64,000 bases of DNA from the human T2T-CHM13v2.0 reference genome, Homo sapiens (GCF_009914755.1 NC_060930.1); one strand, 5' to 3'; counted from the first letter of the stretch, positions 1 through 14,899 are shown. Notes: generated by a model not told the origin, from the letters alone. Program-made: numbers and translations.

Positions 1-830
1 TGTCATCATTGCTAATATCAAAGATTAGGGGGTTTCATCTTAAACACTAGTATCTTCCCCAACAAGTGATCATTCCTCCATGTATGTAAATACTTTTGAT
101 GCTTCTTTTTTTAGCTAGTTGGTTTTTTCTTTTGAATGTAGCTTTTGTCTGATTACAAAAATAATATAAACTGTCCCAAAATTGTTAGAAAATGCTAAAA
201 AGTATATATAAAGAAAGATCTAAAATCTCAGGACCCAGATGTAGCCTCTGTTAATATTTAGAAATATCTTCTTCCAGGTGATGTTCTCTGCATATTATAA
301 TAATTAGATATAGAATCTTATATTTTTGAATAAAGTGATATCATATTATACATACTGTTTTCTGTCTTGCCCTTTTGCTCAACAATATGTTGTGGACAGC
401 TTTTCATGACATGAGATTTAATGCTACATTATTGTCTTAATAGTTATATGCTATTTCATGGAACAGATGACCCTCATTTAAAGTCTCTTGTAGATGAACA
501 TTGGAATTAATTCCAACTTTTCCTATCATAAACAACACTGCAATGAATATCCTTTTACACTGATATTTTCATATTGTCTGATGTAAAATTACACTGTAGA
601 TTTTTACCCTTCCAAGATTTTGAATGTGATTGCCTTGCAGAAAGCTTTCCACAACTTATACCAGCAGCATATGATTATGTTTGTTTTCTGATGCTTTTAC
701 CGAAACTAGGTATTTTAATACTTTTGAGGGACAGAGATGCCTGTCTGTTGTGCCATAACATATTAAATTGCCATTTTTCAACATCTGTTGACCTATAAAC
801 GACTATTTCATATGGATAGACTTAATATAA

Positions 831-1190
<360 letters not shown>

Positions 1191-2989
1191 TAAGATTTTA
1201 AAAAGGCATTCAATCAGTCACAAAGCTTTACAGATTGACCTTCTTACTAACCACCAACTCACTTCTCTCATTTGTGAAAATCCTGATGACGCATTGTTGC
1301 CAGGATGATAAATAAATCTGGTCATGTCATTAAAAACTCTTCAATGTCTCCTTGGTGTAGGGTGGTTCAGCTGCTAAAATTAGAAAAAAAATGGGGAGGA
1401 TCATGTTTATGGAGGGGGAAGAATGAAATCAGAAGTTTCATTTCAAACACATTACATTTTAGGCAGTGTGAAATATCCAAGCAGAGGCATCAAAGAGCCA
1501 GCTAGAGATGTGATCCAGAGTTCAGAGCAGAAGACTTAGCTGAAAATTTGCATATCATCTGCCTAAAGATGGCATTTAAACCTGCAACCATCAAACCTGT
1601 ACCTCCCTCTACAGTGCACTCTGTGTGAACCGGTTTAGTGGCTTTATCCTAAGCAAACTTGTGTAGGATGATGAAAGACTTTCTCTCAGACTGTCAACAA
1701 GTATAATTTATTAGGGAATATTTACATGCACAGAGGAAAGGGAACATTAATTCTCCTGTCCCCAAGGAGACACAACAAAGGCAAACGCAAAGATAAGCTA
1801 AGATGCTGTTCAAATTTGCAAGAAAAATCCTGGAAGGAATGTCTTGTCTTCTTCAATCTTTGTCACTAACTTCTACATCTTCAGAGTAGCCGTTAGAGTC
1901 GCCGTTTGTCCAAGGTGGCTTGAAAATGGCTCCACTCTGATTTATGGGAGGTGAAACAATGTTATGTATCAGGAAAAAGGAAGGTTTCTCAGTCAGAGAG
2001 ACAGCAATCTGAATTCTCAGTCAGCCCTTTACAATCTTTGTGGCTTTGAGCGTTCTTTCTTAACTTCTCTACACCTCCTCACCTGTAAATTAAGGATACT
2101 AATGCCTACTCCTGGGAAATTCAGAGATGAAACGCATTCATAGCATAGCACACTTTCTGGCTCACAGCAGACCTTCAGTGAATACAGAATATTATCACTG
2201 AGAAATATATAAATCCCTTTTTAGCTTAGAGTTTTCACCCAGAACATGGCAGCACATTTGTCATGTGTGAAGGGGATTGGGTCTCCACTATGCCTGCACT
2301 GGCCATCCACATCAACTCCTTGTTTCTTTGCTGCTGAAATTCAAGACCTATGTATGTTCACCAGAAGTAAACACGCACACCTGCAGCATGATGGAATGGG
2401 TAAAATGCTCTGCTTCTGTCTCCTGGTGCTTGGGGTGGTAGGAAAAAAATGCATACAGGAAAGCTTCTGTTTTTGTTTCCAGAGTGAGTATCTTAAAATT
2501 GTCAAAGTTGGAAAAACTGTTATTTCAGAGACTGCAAGTGATTCTGCATTTTGGGGTAAAGGCCGAACTAGCTTCCCTCTCTTTGCTCTGGAAGGAAACC
2601 TGTTTTCTTTGTCATGAGGGTGTTAGGCAAGAGCCCACTCTGTGGTTGGGAAAGACCTGACCAAGGGGCGCAGGTGTTTGAGACAGCGAGTGCTGACCTG
2701 TGGGCAGAGCGGGACATCTGCAGAGATGAGGAGGGTGCTGAGTGTCCCCTCCCCAATCAGACTGGACTCAAGCAGGGCAGAGACTCAGACAGGATGGGGA
2801 CAAAGGACTTCCACTGGAGAACCTGCCAGCTTTCTCAACTTCAACAATTTTAAGATACTCACTCTGGAAACACAACAGAATGACGGCCAACAGGAGCCCC
2901 CTGGGAGAAGCATGGCTCTTGGATTCTGGTAGTGATATCTGATTTTGACCTAAGTTTTCCTGAAATACTACACAATCACCATGAACAAC

Positions 2990-3150
2990 AAGAATAATAA
3001 AGGCTAATCCTTATAAAGTGCTGTTAATTTTACATAAATGAGCACATTTAACCCTCACAGCTCTAAGTCCTTTTAGTATATCCACGTTACAGATAAGGAA
3101 ACTGAGGTACAGAGAGATCAGGTAACTTGCTCAAGGTCACACAGATAATA
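2990..3150 (-). mobile_element. MIR
   Basis: cagataaggaaactgagg...aacttgctcaaggtcacacag MIR core. Confidence 0.8.
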
Positions 3151-3564
3151 AGATATGTCTTTCCTGCATCATGTAAGAGCCAAGCCCTTGTTAGACTCTT
3201 TTTGAACACTTAAGTCTATTGCTAAGCTGTATTTTATGGAATTGAGGTAGAAGCTGTGTCCATGCTTTGGGTAAATCAAGGAGGGGGAAGGGCAGAACTT
3301 GAGGAAGATACACATGATCTAACCAACGGAGGCACAGATGTCTGAGCAAGAGATGACCATGATGACCGGGTAGCTGCTGGGAACATACAGACAGTCCTGG
3401 AGGAGGCTCAGGAGCGAGCCGGGAGGGAGCCTCCAGGAAGAGTGGGCTTCCTACTGAGGGGTGCAGTTGGAATTCTGCTGTGAATTTTAAAAAGGATAAG
3501 TCCTGCAGGCTGGAGAATATTCAGGTTACATTTATGTTAGAGACATAACATTGAAGACAACTTG

Positions 3565-3989
3565 ACATGAACGGGATTCTGTCTCCCCAGATTCCTATGT
3601 TGAAGCCCTAACCCCCAATCTGACTATATTTGGAGAGAGGGTTTTTATGGAGGTGACTAAAGTTAAATGAGGCCATATAGGTGGGCCCTAATTCGTGCAT
3701 TTGATGATACTGCATTCAAAGAAGTGATTAAATAAAGTGAGGCCTACTGGATGGGGCCCTCAATATGACTCATGTCCTTATAAGAAAAGAAAGAGGCCTC
3801 AAGAGGCCATCTGAGGACACAGCGAGAAGGCAGCCACCCACAAGCCAAGGAGAGAGGCCTCTAGATAAACCAAGCCTGCAGCACCTTGATGCTGGACTTC
3901 AGCCTCCAGAACTATGACAAACACATTTCTGTTGGTTGAGCCACCCCCTCTGTAGTATTCTGTTACGGCAGCCTGAGTAGACTAAGACA
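3565..3989 (+). mobile_element. MaLR LTR (MLT1-like)
   Basis: tatgttgaagccctaacccc...gacttcagcctccagaact...gactaagaca MLT1 motifs. Confidence 0.85.
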
Positions 3990-4381
3990 TCACTTCAGAC
4001 AGAAATATTTCAGAAATGCCTTCCAAATTCCCACAGGCCCCATCTTTTCCCCTACTTTTAGAACTATGTCTCAGAATACTTGACGGAAATCTTCACTCAT
4101 TCATTCTGCTGACCGCTAAAATCCAATCAACCCAAACCAAACCCTTTATCCCTGCCCTCAACCAGTGCCCAAAACAACTCCCCACTCTGACTTTCCAATT
4201 GTGGGGAGGTTGTCATCCCTTCAGTCACCTCCTCACCTTGGGCCCCCTTCCCTCTATCACCAAGTCTTCTCAGCCCCTCCCTGGGATATCCCTTGAAATC
4301 ATTTCCTCTTTTCTCTTCCCACTGCCAAGTTGCATATCCACATACTTAGTACCTCCTCACCTATGCTATCCCCTGGTGGGA

Positions 4382-4631
4382 TTTTTCTTTTTTTTTAAAG
4401 ACAGGTCTCACTCTGTTGCCCAGGCTGGAGTTCAATGCTGTGATCATGTTTCACTGCAGCTTTGACCTCCTGGGCTCAAGGGGTCCTCCTGCCTCCCCGG
4501 TAGCTAAGACCACAGGTACATGCCACCATGCCCAGCTAATTTTTTTTTTTTTCATTTTTAGTAGAGACAGGGTCTCCCCTCTCAGCCTCCCCAATTGCTG
4601 GGATTACAGGCATGAGCCACCATGCCTGGCC
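4382..4631 (-). mobile_element. Alu (AluJ-like, internally deleted)
   Basis: Reverse Alu sequence missing part of the left arm. Confidence 0.9.
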
Positions 4632-5869
4632 CCTGGTAGGATTTTTACCTCCCAGTTGCCCTACTCATACTCCACAGGAAGGCACTGATTCTAAGGGTCT
4701 CATTGCACCTGTTAGTGTGCGGTAGTGCATGGTGGTGGGGGGTGCTTGGGACAGTATCTAGCAGCCAGATATGATGAGGAAGAGAGACGTCCATACCAAC
4801 AGTAACAGGGAATGAATGAGATAGCACAGGAAGTTCTTCTGGATTCCAGGTGGAATTCACTCTTAGAGTAGGGGAGACATTCTGAAGGCCCCCCATCCTG
4901 AGGTGTGGCCAGTGATGAAGAGGCTCCACTGTGTCCGAGGCCTGGTGAGGACACGGGCCTCTCCTTTCTGCTTCACCACAACCCAGAGAAATAGACACAA
5001 GTATCCCCACTTTTATTGATGAAGAAGCTGAGGCTTGGCAGGGCAGTCGAATGGCAAGGATCCCTGATGTTTCTTTCCAAGTGGGTGGGTTAGAATAATA
5101 TCCTGGGTCTGTCTCCACTTCCTGGGATTGGACCTGCCAGCTCAGTTTGTCTCTCTTTGGGATCAGCCTTGTCTGCATAGATCATCCTGCTCTGTGCCAT
5201 AAATAGAGGTGGTGGGGCGGGGTGGAGATCCTAGCCCTGGGTGGGGTTATGGTGCAGTGTTACCTGTAACTGTGTGTGTCTGTGTCTGCCTCTTGTTGGA
5301 GACTGGAATAAGAAAGCCATTGTTGTGCACACACACACACCCACACCCACACACACACACCCCTACCCTGATCCTTCAAATTAGCGTTTCTCAGTAACAA
5401 GGCTGGTATTTTGAGTTCCATCTTCCTGACTTCAGCATCTATTAACTAACTGTCTCCAAATAGGGAACAGGGTGAGCTGACTGAGTCCCATCAAATAGCA
5501 GTAGGGGTCTAACCACAGGTCTGACTACAATTTCCCATCTTTTTCCACTCTACTCCTCCCCAGAGCCCACCGGAAGTGGGGATCAAGTTTGGTTCAGGGG
5601 TAGAAATTGGGAAGCCCCTGACTCCTTACCCTTAGGATCATGTCCAAAGGTCCCCTGGGTAGAGTCCCAGGTTGAGGCACTAGGAAGAGGACAGATTTCT
5701 CCTGGTTCAGCTGTAGCTGCCTTTGCACTATGAGTGTGGGGGCACTCAGGGCCAGTGAGCCTCATGAGTGAGGCAGCAGCCAAGGACTGGGCCAACCGCA
5801 TGACTTGGAGACTGTTCAGGTCAACAATTACTCTTTGCTGGGTGCAGAGATGCAGTGACAAATAAGACA

Positions 5870-6900
5870 GAGACCTTGCTCTTGTGGAAACTATACCTTC
5901 AGGGAGAAGCTGATACCTCTATATAATTGACAAGTAGGATAGGCACAGAGTACATCACCTATAGAGGAATGCCTGAAGGTCAAACTGGGGGGCAGGAAAG
6001 CCCCCTAAGGAGAGGACTCTTGAGCTGAGTCATAAAGCATTGATAGGGACATGCTTGTTGGAGAAAGGTGAGATGAGCTTTTGAGGCAGAGCTGACACCT
6101 GAGCAGAGGCACAGGGCTTGCACCAGCTTAGCGTTTGCAGAGACCTGGAGTCATCAGGCTCTACTGACCACACTGTGAGCAAGGGGGTGTGTGGAGTGGT
6201 CAAGCTGGGAGCACAGCAACCACAATACATGGTGAACCTCATACCACACCACAAGGAGCTTGCACTACATTGTACAGTGATGGGAGCCTGTAGGAGGTCA
6301 GAATGGCTTCTTAATATACAGTCTGTTGTGTGGAAAAACGATTAAAAGGGAGGATGCAGGGTGGTAGTCTGGAGGCTTCTGCAAAAATCTAGATGAGAAA
6401 TCATGATGACCAGGCAGGGAATCAAGGTAGAGAGGAGAGAGTGGTTTCCTTGATTGGATCAATTATTGATGATTAAGGGGGTGAAAGAGAACTCTGTCTG
6501 GGATGCGCTATGGTGATGGGCCTTTAAATGGTTTTGGAGTTTAGAGTGGGCAGAGGAGGCTGGTGCCCCAAAGGAGATAGACACTCTAAGCAGGAGGAAG
6601 GAGGGGCGTCAAGAGAGCAGTGTCCCAAGACTCAGGAGAACAGAGTTCAAGAAGCAAGTGGTCACTGGGAGTAAATGTGGCAGAGAAAGCCAGGATGATA
6701 GGAGATGGAAAATATCCATTGCTTTTGGAAATTGTTGATGTCTTTTATCAAAGAAATCTCCATGAAGTGATTAGGTGGAACCTAGATTGCAGAGGGTTGA
6801 AGAGGAAGAAGATGAGGAAACAAAATCAATGTAGAATATAGAATAGTCTTTCAAGAAACTTGAAATGGGAGACATGGAGCTATAGCTAGAATGATACAAA
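5870..6900 (+). mobile_element. L2 fragments
   Basis: Degenerate purine-rich L2-like sequence; approximate limits. Confidence 0.55.
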
Positions 6901-6933
6901 ATGTCACCTAATATCTATTTAGGATAGGAAATC

Positions 6934-7138
6934 TGCTAGAGTTTGGATGTTTGTCCCCCAAACCTCATGTTGAAATTTGATCCCAATGTTGGAGGCGAGG
7001 CCTAATGAGAGGTGTTTGGATCATGGGGGTGGGTCCTTCATAAACGTCTTGGTGCTGTCCTCCAATAATGAGTGAGTTCCTGTTCTATTAGTTCCCACAA
7101 GAGCTGGTTGTTAAAAGGAGCCTGGCACCCTCTCCTCC

Positions 7139-7191
<53 letters not shown>

Positions 7192-7432
7192 TCCTTCTCT
7201 GTGTGTGTGTGTGTGTCACTTCCTCTCTGGCCACATGATCTCTGCACAGGCCAGCTCCCCTGCACCTTCTGCCATGAGTAGAAGCAGCCTGAGGCCCCCA
7301 CTAGAAACTGAACAGATGCCAGTGCCATGCTTCTTATGTGGCCTGCAGAACTGTGAGCCAAATCGACCTCTTTTCTTTATAAATTATCCAGCCTCAGGTA
7401 TTCCTTTACAGCAACACAAAAGGACTAAGACA
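6934..7432 (+). mobile_element. MaLR LTR (MSTB-like)
   Basis: tgctagagtttggatgtttgtccc...gcaacacaaaaggactaagaca. Confidence 0.9.
7142..7217. repeat. (CT)n(GT)n compound microsatellite inside the MST LTR
   Basis: Direct reading. Confidence 0.95.
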
Positions 7433-8419
7433 AGATCCATGTGCATATTTAAAGGCTGAAAAGAAAGAGATAATAAAATAGAGGGGGAAGGATTAAAGAC
7501 TTAAGAGAGGAAAGGATAATGACACAATCCTCTATTGGAGAAAATGGTATTAAGAGTGTGGGTGGCTGTGTGGCCCTTGGACCTGAGGCAGCATGCCTCA
7601 TCCATGTGACATGTGAGAAGCTCCTGATAACAGGCAGCTTAACTCTGCCCAGAATGTCCTGAATTCTTTCATATATTGAAAGTTCTGCTCTTCTATTAAG
7701 ATCCAGAGCAAATGTCAACTCTTCTCCCTGGTGAGCTCCCATAGCAGGTTCTTTGATTGCATCCTGCAATTGTTATAATTCTGTGTTACAGTTCTTTCTG
7801 GACATGTCTTTTACCCCTACCAGATTTACACATTTGTTGAAAAAGGAAAAATAGCTTACCAGTCTATATTTCAACCAAATGATTAATAAATATTTTTTGG
7901 ATTTTTAAAATTTCCTTCTCAATAGTACTTTAATAATTAAAATTAAAATTATATTATAAAGCCTTATAATTGATCAGAAAACACAAGAACTTTAAAAATT
8001 GCTGACAAAAATCTTGGGGCCAAGTACTCTAACACAAAGCCTAAAGACTTGAAGAGAAAGATTGTGAGATCACACCCACGAATTCTAGCCTTTGCTAATT
8101 CTTCTGGGATCAAAAGTTTCATGTGAAAAAGTCAGGTCATGAATACCCTTAACTGACAGTAGAAATATGTTCTAAAATCAGTCAGTGCTTTACAATTCAA
8201 CACATATGTCTTGTTTTTAAGCCAATGCTTTAATTTGTTTTTCATTGTAACTTAAGCTAAAGAGAAATCTCAGTTTGTTTCAGCCAAAGGAGATGTTATA
8301 GGATTTTATTCTGCCTTAATAGAATATGCAAGAGTGTTCTGGGAGACTAAAGTCAGATCTTTATTAAAATCTCCCCAGTAGCAAGCAGGTAGCTGCATAA
8401 GGTAGCCTTTTCCCCTCTG

Positions 8420-8790
8420 TATATACATAAACAGCCATAAAAAGGAATGAACTACTAATGAATACAACATGAATTAATCTCAAAAACAGTATATTAAACA
8501 AACGAAGCCAGACACAAAGAGTAAATACTCCATGATTGCATTTTTATAAACTTCTAGAAAAGGCAAACCAGTGACAGAAAGCATTGGTTTTCTGGATTCT
8601 GGGGAATCATTGCAAGGGGCAAATGCAACATTTTGGGATGATGGAAATGATTTACACCTTGATGGGAGTCCACGCTCCTATCAAATGACCCAGGCACACA
8701 CTTGTCTAAGCTCATTAAGCTGTACGTTTTGAATGGGTGCATTTTATTTTAGCTAAGTTATACCTCAATAAAGGTGATTTTAAAATGCAA
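8420..8790 (+). mobile_element. Old L1 (L1M) 3' end fragment
   Basis: aaggaatgaactact...gaagccagacacaaagagtaaatact...tacctcaataaa. Confidence 0.75.
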
Positions 8791-8800
8791 ATTTTACTTC

Positions 8801-8945
8801 TTGGTGTGGTAGCTCATGCCAGGAATCCCAACATTTTGGGGGGTTGAGGAGGAAGGATTGCTTGAGCCCAAGAGTTCAGGACAAGACCAGCCTGGGCAAC
8901 AAAGCCAAGACTCCGTTTCTAATTCGAAAACAAAACAATAATAAC
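8801..8945 (+). mobile_element. Alu monomer (FLAM-like)
   Basis: Single left-arm Alu with A-rich tail. Confidence 0.8.
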
Positions 8946-9785
8946 AAAATTAAAATGTGAAAACCCTAATAGAAATCAGTTTATCTGACCAACTCTCTAT
9001 GTACCAGGACCCTCTGAGAGCCATGGTTAAGGACATGAGCAGTATTTCTAGATAGCTGATGGGATGGAGGAGGCTTACTATGAATTAAGAGGTAAAATGT
9101 TTGTTTTGAGTGACAATAACAACAGCAAAATAGATTTTCTTTCCAAGACTGAAATTTTCCTTCCTCTTCCTCTTAGGCCAAAAAAAAAAAAAAAAGAAAG
9201 AAAAAGAAAAAAGAAGAAAAAAGCAACTGGGAGTGGATGAGGTCTTTTCCCTGACAAGTCTACACCTATGGTCTTTCGTGACCCATGGCAAATGCAGATG
9301 GAAGATTTCTGTGAGTGCTTTGGGAGCCAAATTGCATGGAGGTCCCACAAATTTGGGAGTTAGGAACAAATCCCAGGAAATTCTAGAACCCATTAAACAC
9401 ATTTAAGAGTGGTTATATTGAACAGTAATTGATAACAGCAGAAAATCAGAAAGTTAAACCATAGTTTATCTTTCATGGGTGTTTCTTGTAATTTTTCTAT
9501 ACATACATGATCTAGGTAAATATAATGATTAGAAACTTTAACAAACTTTGTACTTAATTAACATTTTATTGTTTGAAAAATCATATCTCATTGGTGAAAA
9601 AATTGTCTAGACCTGCGTCCAGAAGAAGTGTGGATGAAGAGGCTCTTGCATGGGCCCTGCTAGGAGTTGCTGACCTGCTTGTCCATGTCAGGGTGGACAG
9701 GCTTTGCAGTGCTAACCCAGCAAGCCTTAAGAAGAAAACAAAACCATAGACACATCATCTGGCACTTAAGAAGAGACTGTGCTCC

Positions 9786-10250
9786 ACGTATGTTTATTGC
9801 GGCACTGTTCACAACAGCAAAGACTTGGAACCAACCCAAATGTCCAACCCAAATGTTTATAGACTGGATAAAGAAAATGTGGCACATCATGGAATAGTAT
9901 GCAGCCACAAAAAGGATGAGTTCATGTCCTTTTCAGGGACATGGGTGAAGCTGGAAACCATCATTCTCAGCAAACTGACACAAGAACAGAAAACCAAACA
10001 CCGCATGTTCTCACTCATAAGTGGGAGTTGAACAATGAGAACACATGGACACAGGCAGGGGAACATCACACAGCAGGGCCTGTCTGGGGGTGGGGGACAA
10101 GGGGAGGGATAGCATTAGGAGAAATACCTAATGTAGATGAGGGGTTGATGGGTGCAGCAAACCACCACGTCATGTGTGTATACCTATGTAACAAACCTAC
10201 ACTTTCTGCACATGTATCCCAGGACTTAAAGTATAATAATAATAAAGAAA
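9786..10250 (+). mobile_element. L1PA 3' end
   Basis: MFIAALFTTAKTWNQPKCP ORF2 C-terminus, L1PA 3' UTR and A-rich tail. Confidence 0.95.
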
Positions 10251-12721
10251 GAAGAGACCATGCTCTATGCTCCCAAATATGTCTCATTTGTCTTGTATTA
10301 GTTTTGACCCCCACATTACGGGCAAAGGTCCAGTTTCTGTCTCCCAGAGTACCTAGAATACCTACCACACTCAAATTTGGTCCCTGGCACCACAGTGCTC
10401 CCTTTTTAATGATTCTTCTATTCATGGTCTCAACTCAGGCCTAAGTTCTGAAGCTTGTTCCCATTTACCTGCTCTACTAACATCCTAGGTCTACACTTCT
10501 TTTTGACTAGTCTAGTCCTGAGACCCCATATCTCTTCACAGTCCCCCAAGGAGCACCCACCTTTCCTCTTCTTCCCCAACCCAGCAAGAGGGCCTGAGGC
10601 CCCAGACTCTCTTCTTTGAGGCTGCTAATACCCCCCATTAGACATCTTCCATTCTCCAAAGAGATCTTGCTTTGGGAGCCAACACACAGGGCAGGTAGGT
10701 TATTCATAGTCAATGCAGGTTTACCTTGGTAACTGCAAATACCAGCAGGGGTCCTAGAATCCAAACATACACATTTCATATAAGAAGTATGCTACTGAGT
10801 GTAACAGGTTCCTGTGCCCTCATCTATATCTGGTATACAGACCTAATGGATTCTGTAATTATTTACACCTTAATAATTTCCACTGTGAACTAAACCACAC
10901 AGGTAGTTCCCTTCTCTCTCTCTCCAAGGAATATAGGAGGTGTGGGGACTTGGAACAGCCCTCAAGTCCCCACACAAGGCAGAGATGCTCTACCTGGATT
11001 ACTTCTTTCCAAAAGAGCAACTTTCTTTTTTCAAATAAAATCTATTCAGAATATTAACTCTGATTCTTAATTCTATTCTGGTGGTCTTATACTACAAAGC
11101 CTGTGTAATCATTTTCTTTCCCCAAGATTCTGATTTCCACTAATTCTAATGCTCAAAAAAAAAAAAAAAATGAAAAACCAGCTATATATGCCATCAGGCA
11201 TGAGATTCCCCCAGATTTAAGAAGTAGATATGCATTCTGAGAGAAGTCATTTTCCCTTTTGGAAAAAAAAAATTAAAATTATTTCCTTCTATAAAAATAA
11301 GAGACCATCAAATAGTCTTCCTATTAAAAATAACACATAAAATAAAATCCAGAAATAGCTGCTACTCTGAAACTGAAGAGACAATAAAGAGTCTCTGACT
11401 CTCAAATACAATTGAGAGGCAAAAATAAAATGGGGACATTTCAAAAAGAGCAGGACTGTTTCCCTATAATGTTTGACAATGAGCAATGCTTACAAAAAGA
11501 AATGTGTAGAAGAAATTAATCATAAGGGCAGAGACCTTTGCTAAATAATTTAAAACCATCATATTTGGTAGTTAGTTCACAGAAGATTTTAAATAAAATA
11601 TCACATCATTTTTGATGATCCATTCCTCTAGCAGAGGATGTCCATCTGAGGAATTTTGTGTGGGCTTTTTAGAGCCAATTTAGTCTTTTCATCAGTTCTC
11701 TTTACATACGATTTGCCACAAACAAGACAGATGGGACAACTGAACAACTCTTTAATGGAGTAGAAAAGAGAAAATATTTCTCTCTTCATGTGAGATGGCA
11801 AAAGCATGTGATGATTTCGAAGGGAAAATGATTTTCCATTGTTTCTATTGCTCTTATGAAGAAAGCATGTGAAGCATCTAAACAAATGCACAGCCAAATC
11901 ATTTACAATGATTTCCAAAGATGTTTTCTGTCTATATTCAAATAAGGGTTTGTCTTAGTCTCCAGAAATTCACATTTTGAGTTACCATAATAATTTCCAT
12001 ACTTGCATAGAGCTTGTTTCAGCCAGTTCAGGGCTTGGTATCTGACAAAGACTACAAATTACATCTTGTAGAAAGAAATCATTATCATTTCTCAAAAGTT
12101 AGGATTATAAAGTGAAAGGGCCCATTTTCCTCAACAAACCAACATGGTCCTGACCTTCTCAATCCCCTGTCCTTTCAGCTACCACATTGTATCACAAAAG
12201 AGAATTAGAGCCCATGACCTTAGTGCTGAGCCATTCTTCTTCATCCAAGCCATTCCAACCTTCCTTTGTCCCTTAGCCTTCATTGAGGTTTTCAAGTTTC
12301 CATTCCTACTTTCTCTTACCCAATTTGTCTATCCCATGTCTTGTCTCCTTTCCATAGATTCTGGTTCCCCAAATTAGCTACCCTCCCTCAAGAAATCCCT
12401 TTCAAGCTGTCTCTGCTTTAGACCTTCCTAACCATATTGTGTATCATTGCCCTTCCTGCAGAAATTAGCCCATACAAATCGTAAAAATGGATTCTGTTAT
12501 TTCCCGGAGATAATGAGTACAACTTATTCATTGTAGAATTTCAAGTGTGTAGGAAATGATGTAGAATAGAACAATCTTTCTGTTTTTTTTTTAAACACCA
12601 TTCCTAGAAATGTTTACTATTTGGCTGTTTTTTCTGGTTCCAGCAGGTCAATGGGTTGAACATTTTCTAGGTGATTCCTAAGCCCTCTCCTAGGTTGTGA
12701 CAATTATTTCAATGTTGGTCA

Positions 12722-13341
12722 TGTGAATGGAAAATAAATCTCGGGACCCTAAAATCACTAAGCCAAAGGGAAAAGTCAAGATGGGCACTGTGTCAGGCAA
12801 ACCTGCCTCCCATTTCATTCCTACATAAGACAGCTACAAAGATTAAAAAGCCACATGCCTCCCTCACAATTTTTCCACAGGGAAATTCCTTGTGGGCCTC
12901 AAGATGGTTACCCTGTAACAGTTCTGTTGAATTTCACCCTGGCAATGTAAATTCATAGCTTATCTTCACAGGTGCGGGACAAAGGACAGAACTCAAAGCC
13001 ATCCCTCTGCTCACCTGAGACAGACGCATATCTGATTGCTTCCTTTGCCCTATGTTTAGGTTAAAAATGCAGATTCGCTAAGCCAGACTAAGACAAAAGT
13101 GACTATTCCTCTAACCCCTACTTCACATGTAAATTGTATATTCAGTGAAAGGTTAATCAGAGACTTGAAAGAATTTGACTGTCTTATCTACCCATGACCT
13201 AGGAGCCCCATAGTCCCCCCAAGCTATGCCCCGCTGTGCCTCAACCACTTTGGGCACACATCGTCAGAACATCCTGAAGCTGTGTCACACCACGTCCTCA
13301 ACTTTGGCAAAATAAACTTTCTAAATTGATTGAGGCCTATC
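12722..13341 (+). mobile_element. ERV1 solo LTR (MER4 family)
   Basis: TG...CA ends, MER4-type start tgtgaatggaaaataaatctcgggacc, 4-bp TSD GTCA on both sides. Confidence 0.9.
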
Positions 13342-14899
13342 TCAGATACTTTTGGTTCACAGTCATTTACAAGATAGGTTCATTTCCCTTGCATGCACTC
13401 ACTTGCATCTAACCACATGCAAACTCAATACTACTCCTCCGGCCAATGTTTGAATCCCTGTTGATCTTTTGGTTCAGTACCATCTGACTATATAAACACG
13501 ATTGGTACCCCCTGCACACTTTGAAAATTCCTGGAGCACTTTTGTTTTTATAGGACAATTTGTTAGGTTGTTCCAATCTTGTTTCAAATTTTAAAATCTA
13601 GGCTGAGTGTGAGAAAGATTCCAGTCATTTGGTCAACCAGTCAATCCACGGGAGTTTATTGAGAATGTGCATTAACGTACCGGGGAGTGTGGCGATTGGG
13701 GGAGTGTTTATGTCTGTCCGGCTTGTGGAGACTGGAAGTTTGAGTCATCGTTTTTGGCTCACAGGGTGCCCCTGAGTGCCTGCCTGGGGATACAAATAAC
13801 CCTGACAGTTCAGCAGTTCTCTATGAAGCACAGTGTTCCTATAAAATTAAACTTGCATAATTTGGTCAGTAAGTCCACAATTTCATTCCACCTCTTCCTA
13901 ATGGCTTGGCTTCACCTCTTCTGTTCACAGGTCTACTATGTTTATCCATCATTTACCCATTTCAAATGACAGTTTAGGAGTTGGAATCTCCCTCTAGCCT
14001 TTTCTCCAAGGGTAATTCTAAAGAAGAGCACATTCTTTCCTTAAAAAACAATCAGAAAAGGAAGAATTAGCAATATAATTATCAAGAAGCAGCACTGGGT
14101 AGCATCTTTAAACAGCTTCGTGCGGTTGGATTTGGAGGAGCGCTATACTTCTTGGAGCTCTTCCTTTGCTCAGAAGCCAGTTTGAGTTCTGGTTGTTGCT
14201 GACCTAAAATATTTTCAGTTCTCCTTCCTGGGGCCAACAAAGCATGGTCCCCAGCCTCCCTCCAGCCCCCGACCCCACCTGGAAAGCTCTGTGGGTCTCC
14301 CTAGATAGAGGGGACTCTCCCTTGTCTTCTATCATCGAACCCTCTCCTCAGAAAGTAAAGACAAACTGTGGGTGAGGCAGTGGCTGACAGGGGGCTCCAG
14401 GCTTCCCTGGTGTGACTCTGGGTTCCTTGTGACCTGGAGCAGATTACTGATCCTATTTCCGTGTTTCCCTTTCCTTGCCTGTAAAATAGAGACAGCAGGG
14501 CTGTTCCCAGGATAAAATGAGTTGATATAGACAGAATGACTGCAGTAGAGTAGAACACAGCAAGTATCAATAATCGCTAGTAAGTAATATTAAGGAAAAA
14601 AATAAAATTCTATCAACTGGAAAAATCTCTCGACTCCTGACACCAAACATACACATTAACTTGCATTCATTCATATCATTTCCTCCATCCTCCTATCATG
14701 AAAGGAGAGGTTCTTTCAGGCTAAGGCTAGTGCCTCACACTGTGCTTCAGAGACGTCCCATGACCCCTGCTTTCTCAGGTGTCTCCTCTTACCATAACCT
14801 CCTGCTCTTTCTCTCCTATATCTTAAGTCCCACCCCAATTTCACTCTAATCCCTCTCATCAGCATTAAGCACACACAAGACTTTCTCATTAAAAACCGA

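Noticed and set aside
4645-5178. 177-aa minus-strand ORF
   Set aside because: No recognisable homology or exon context.
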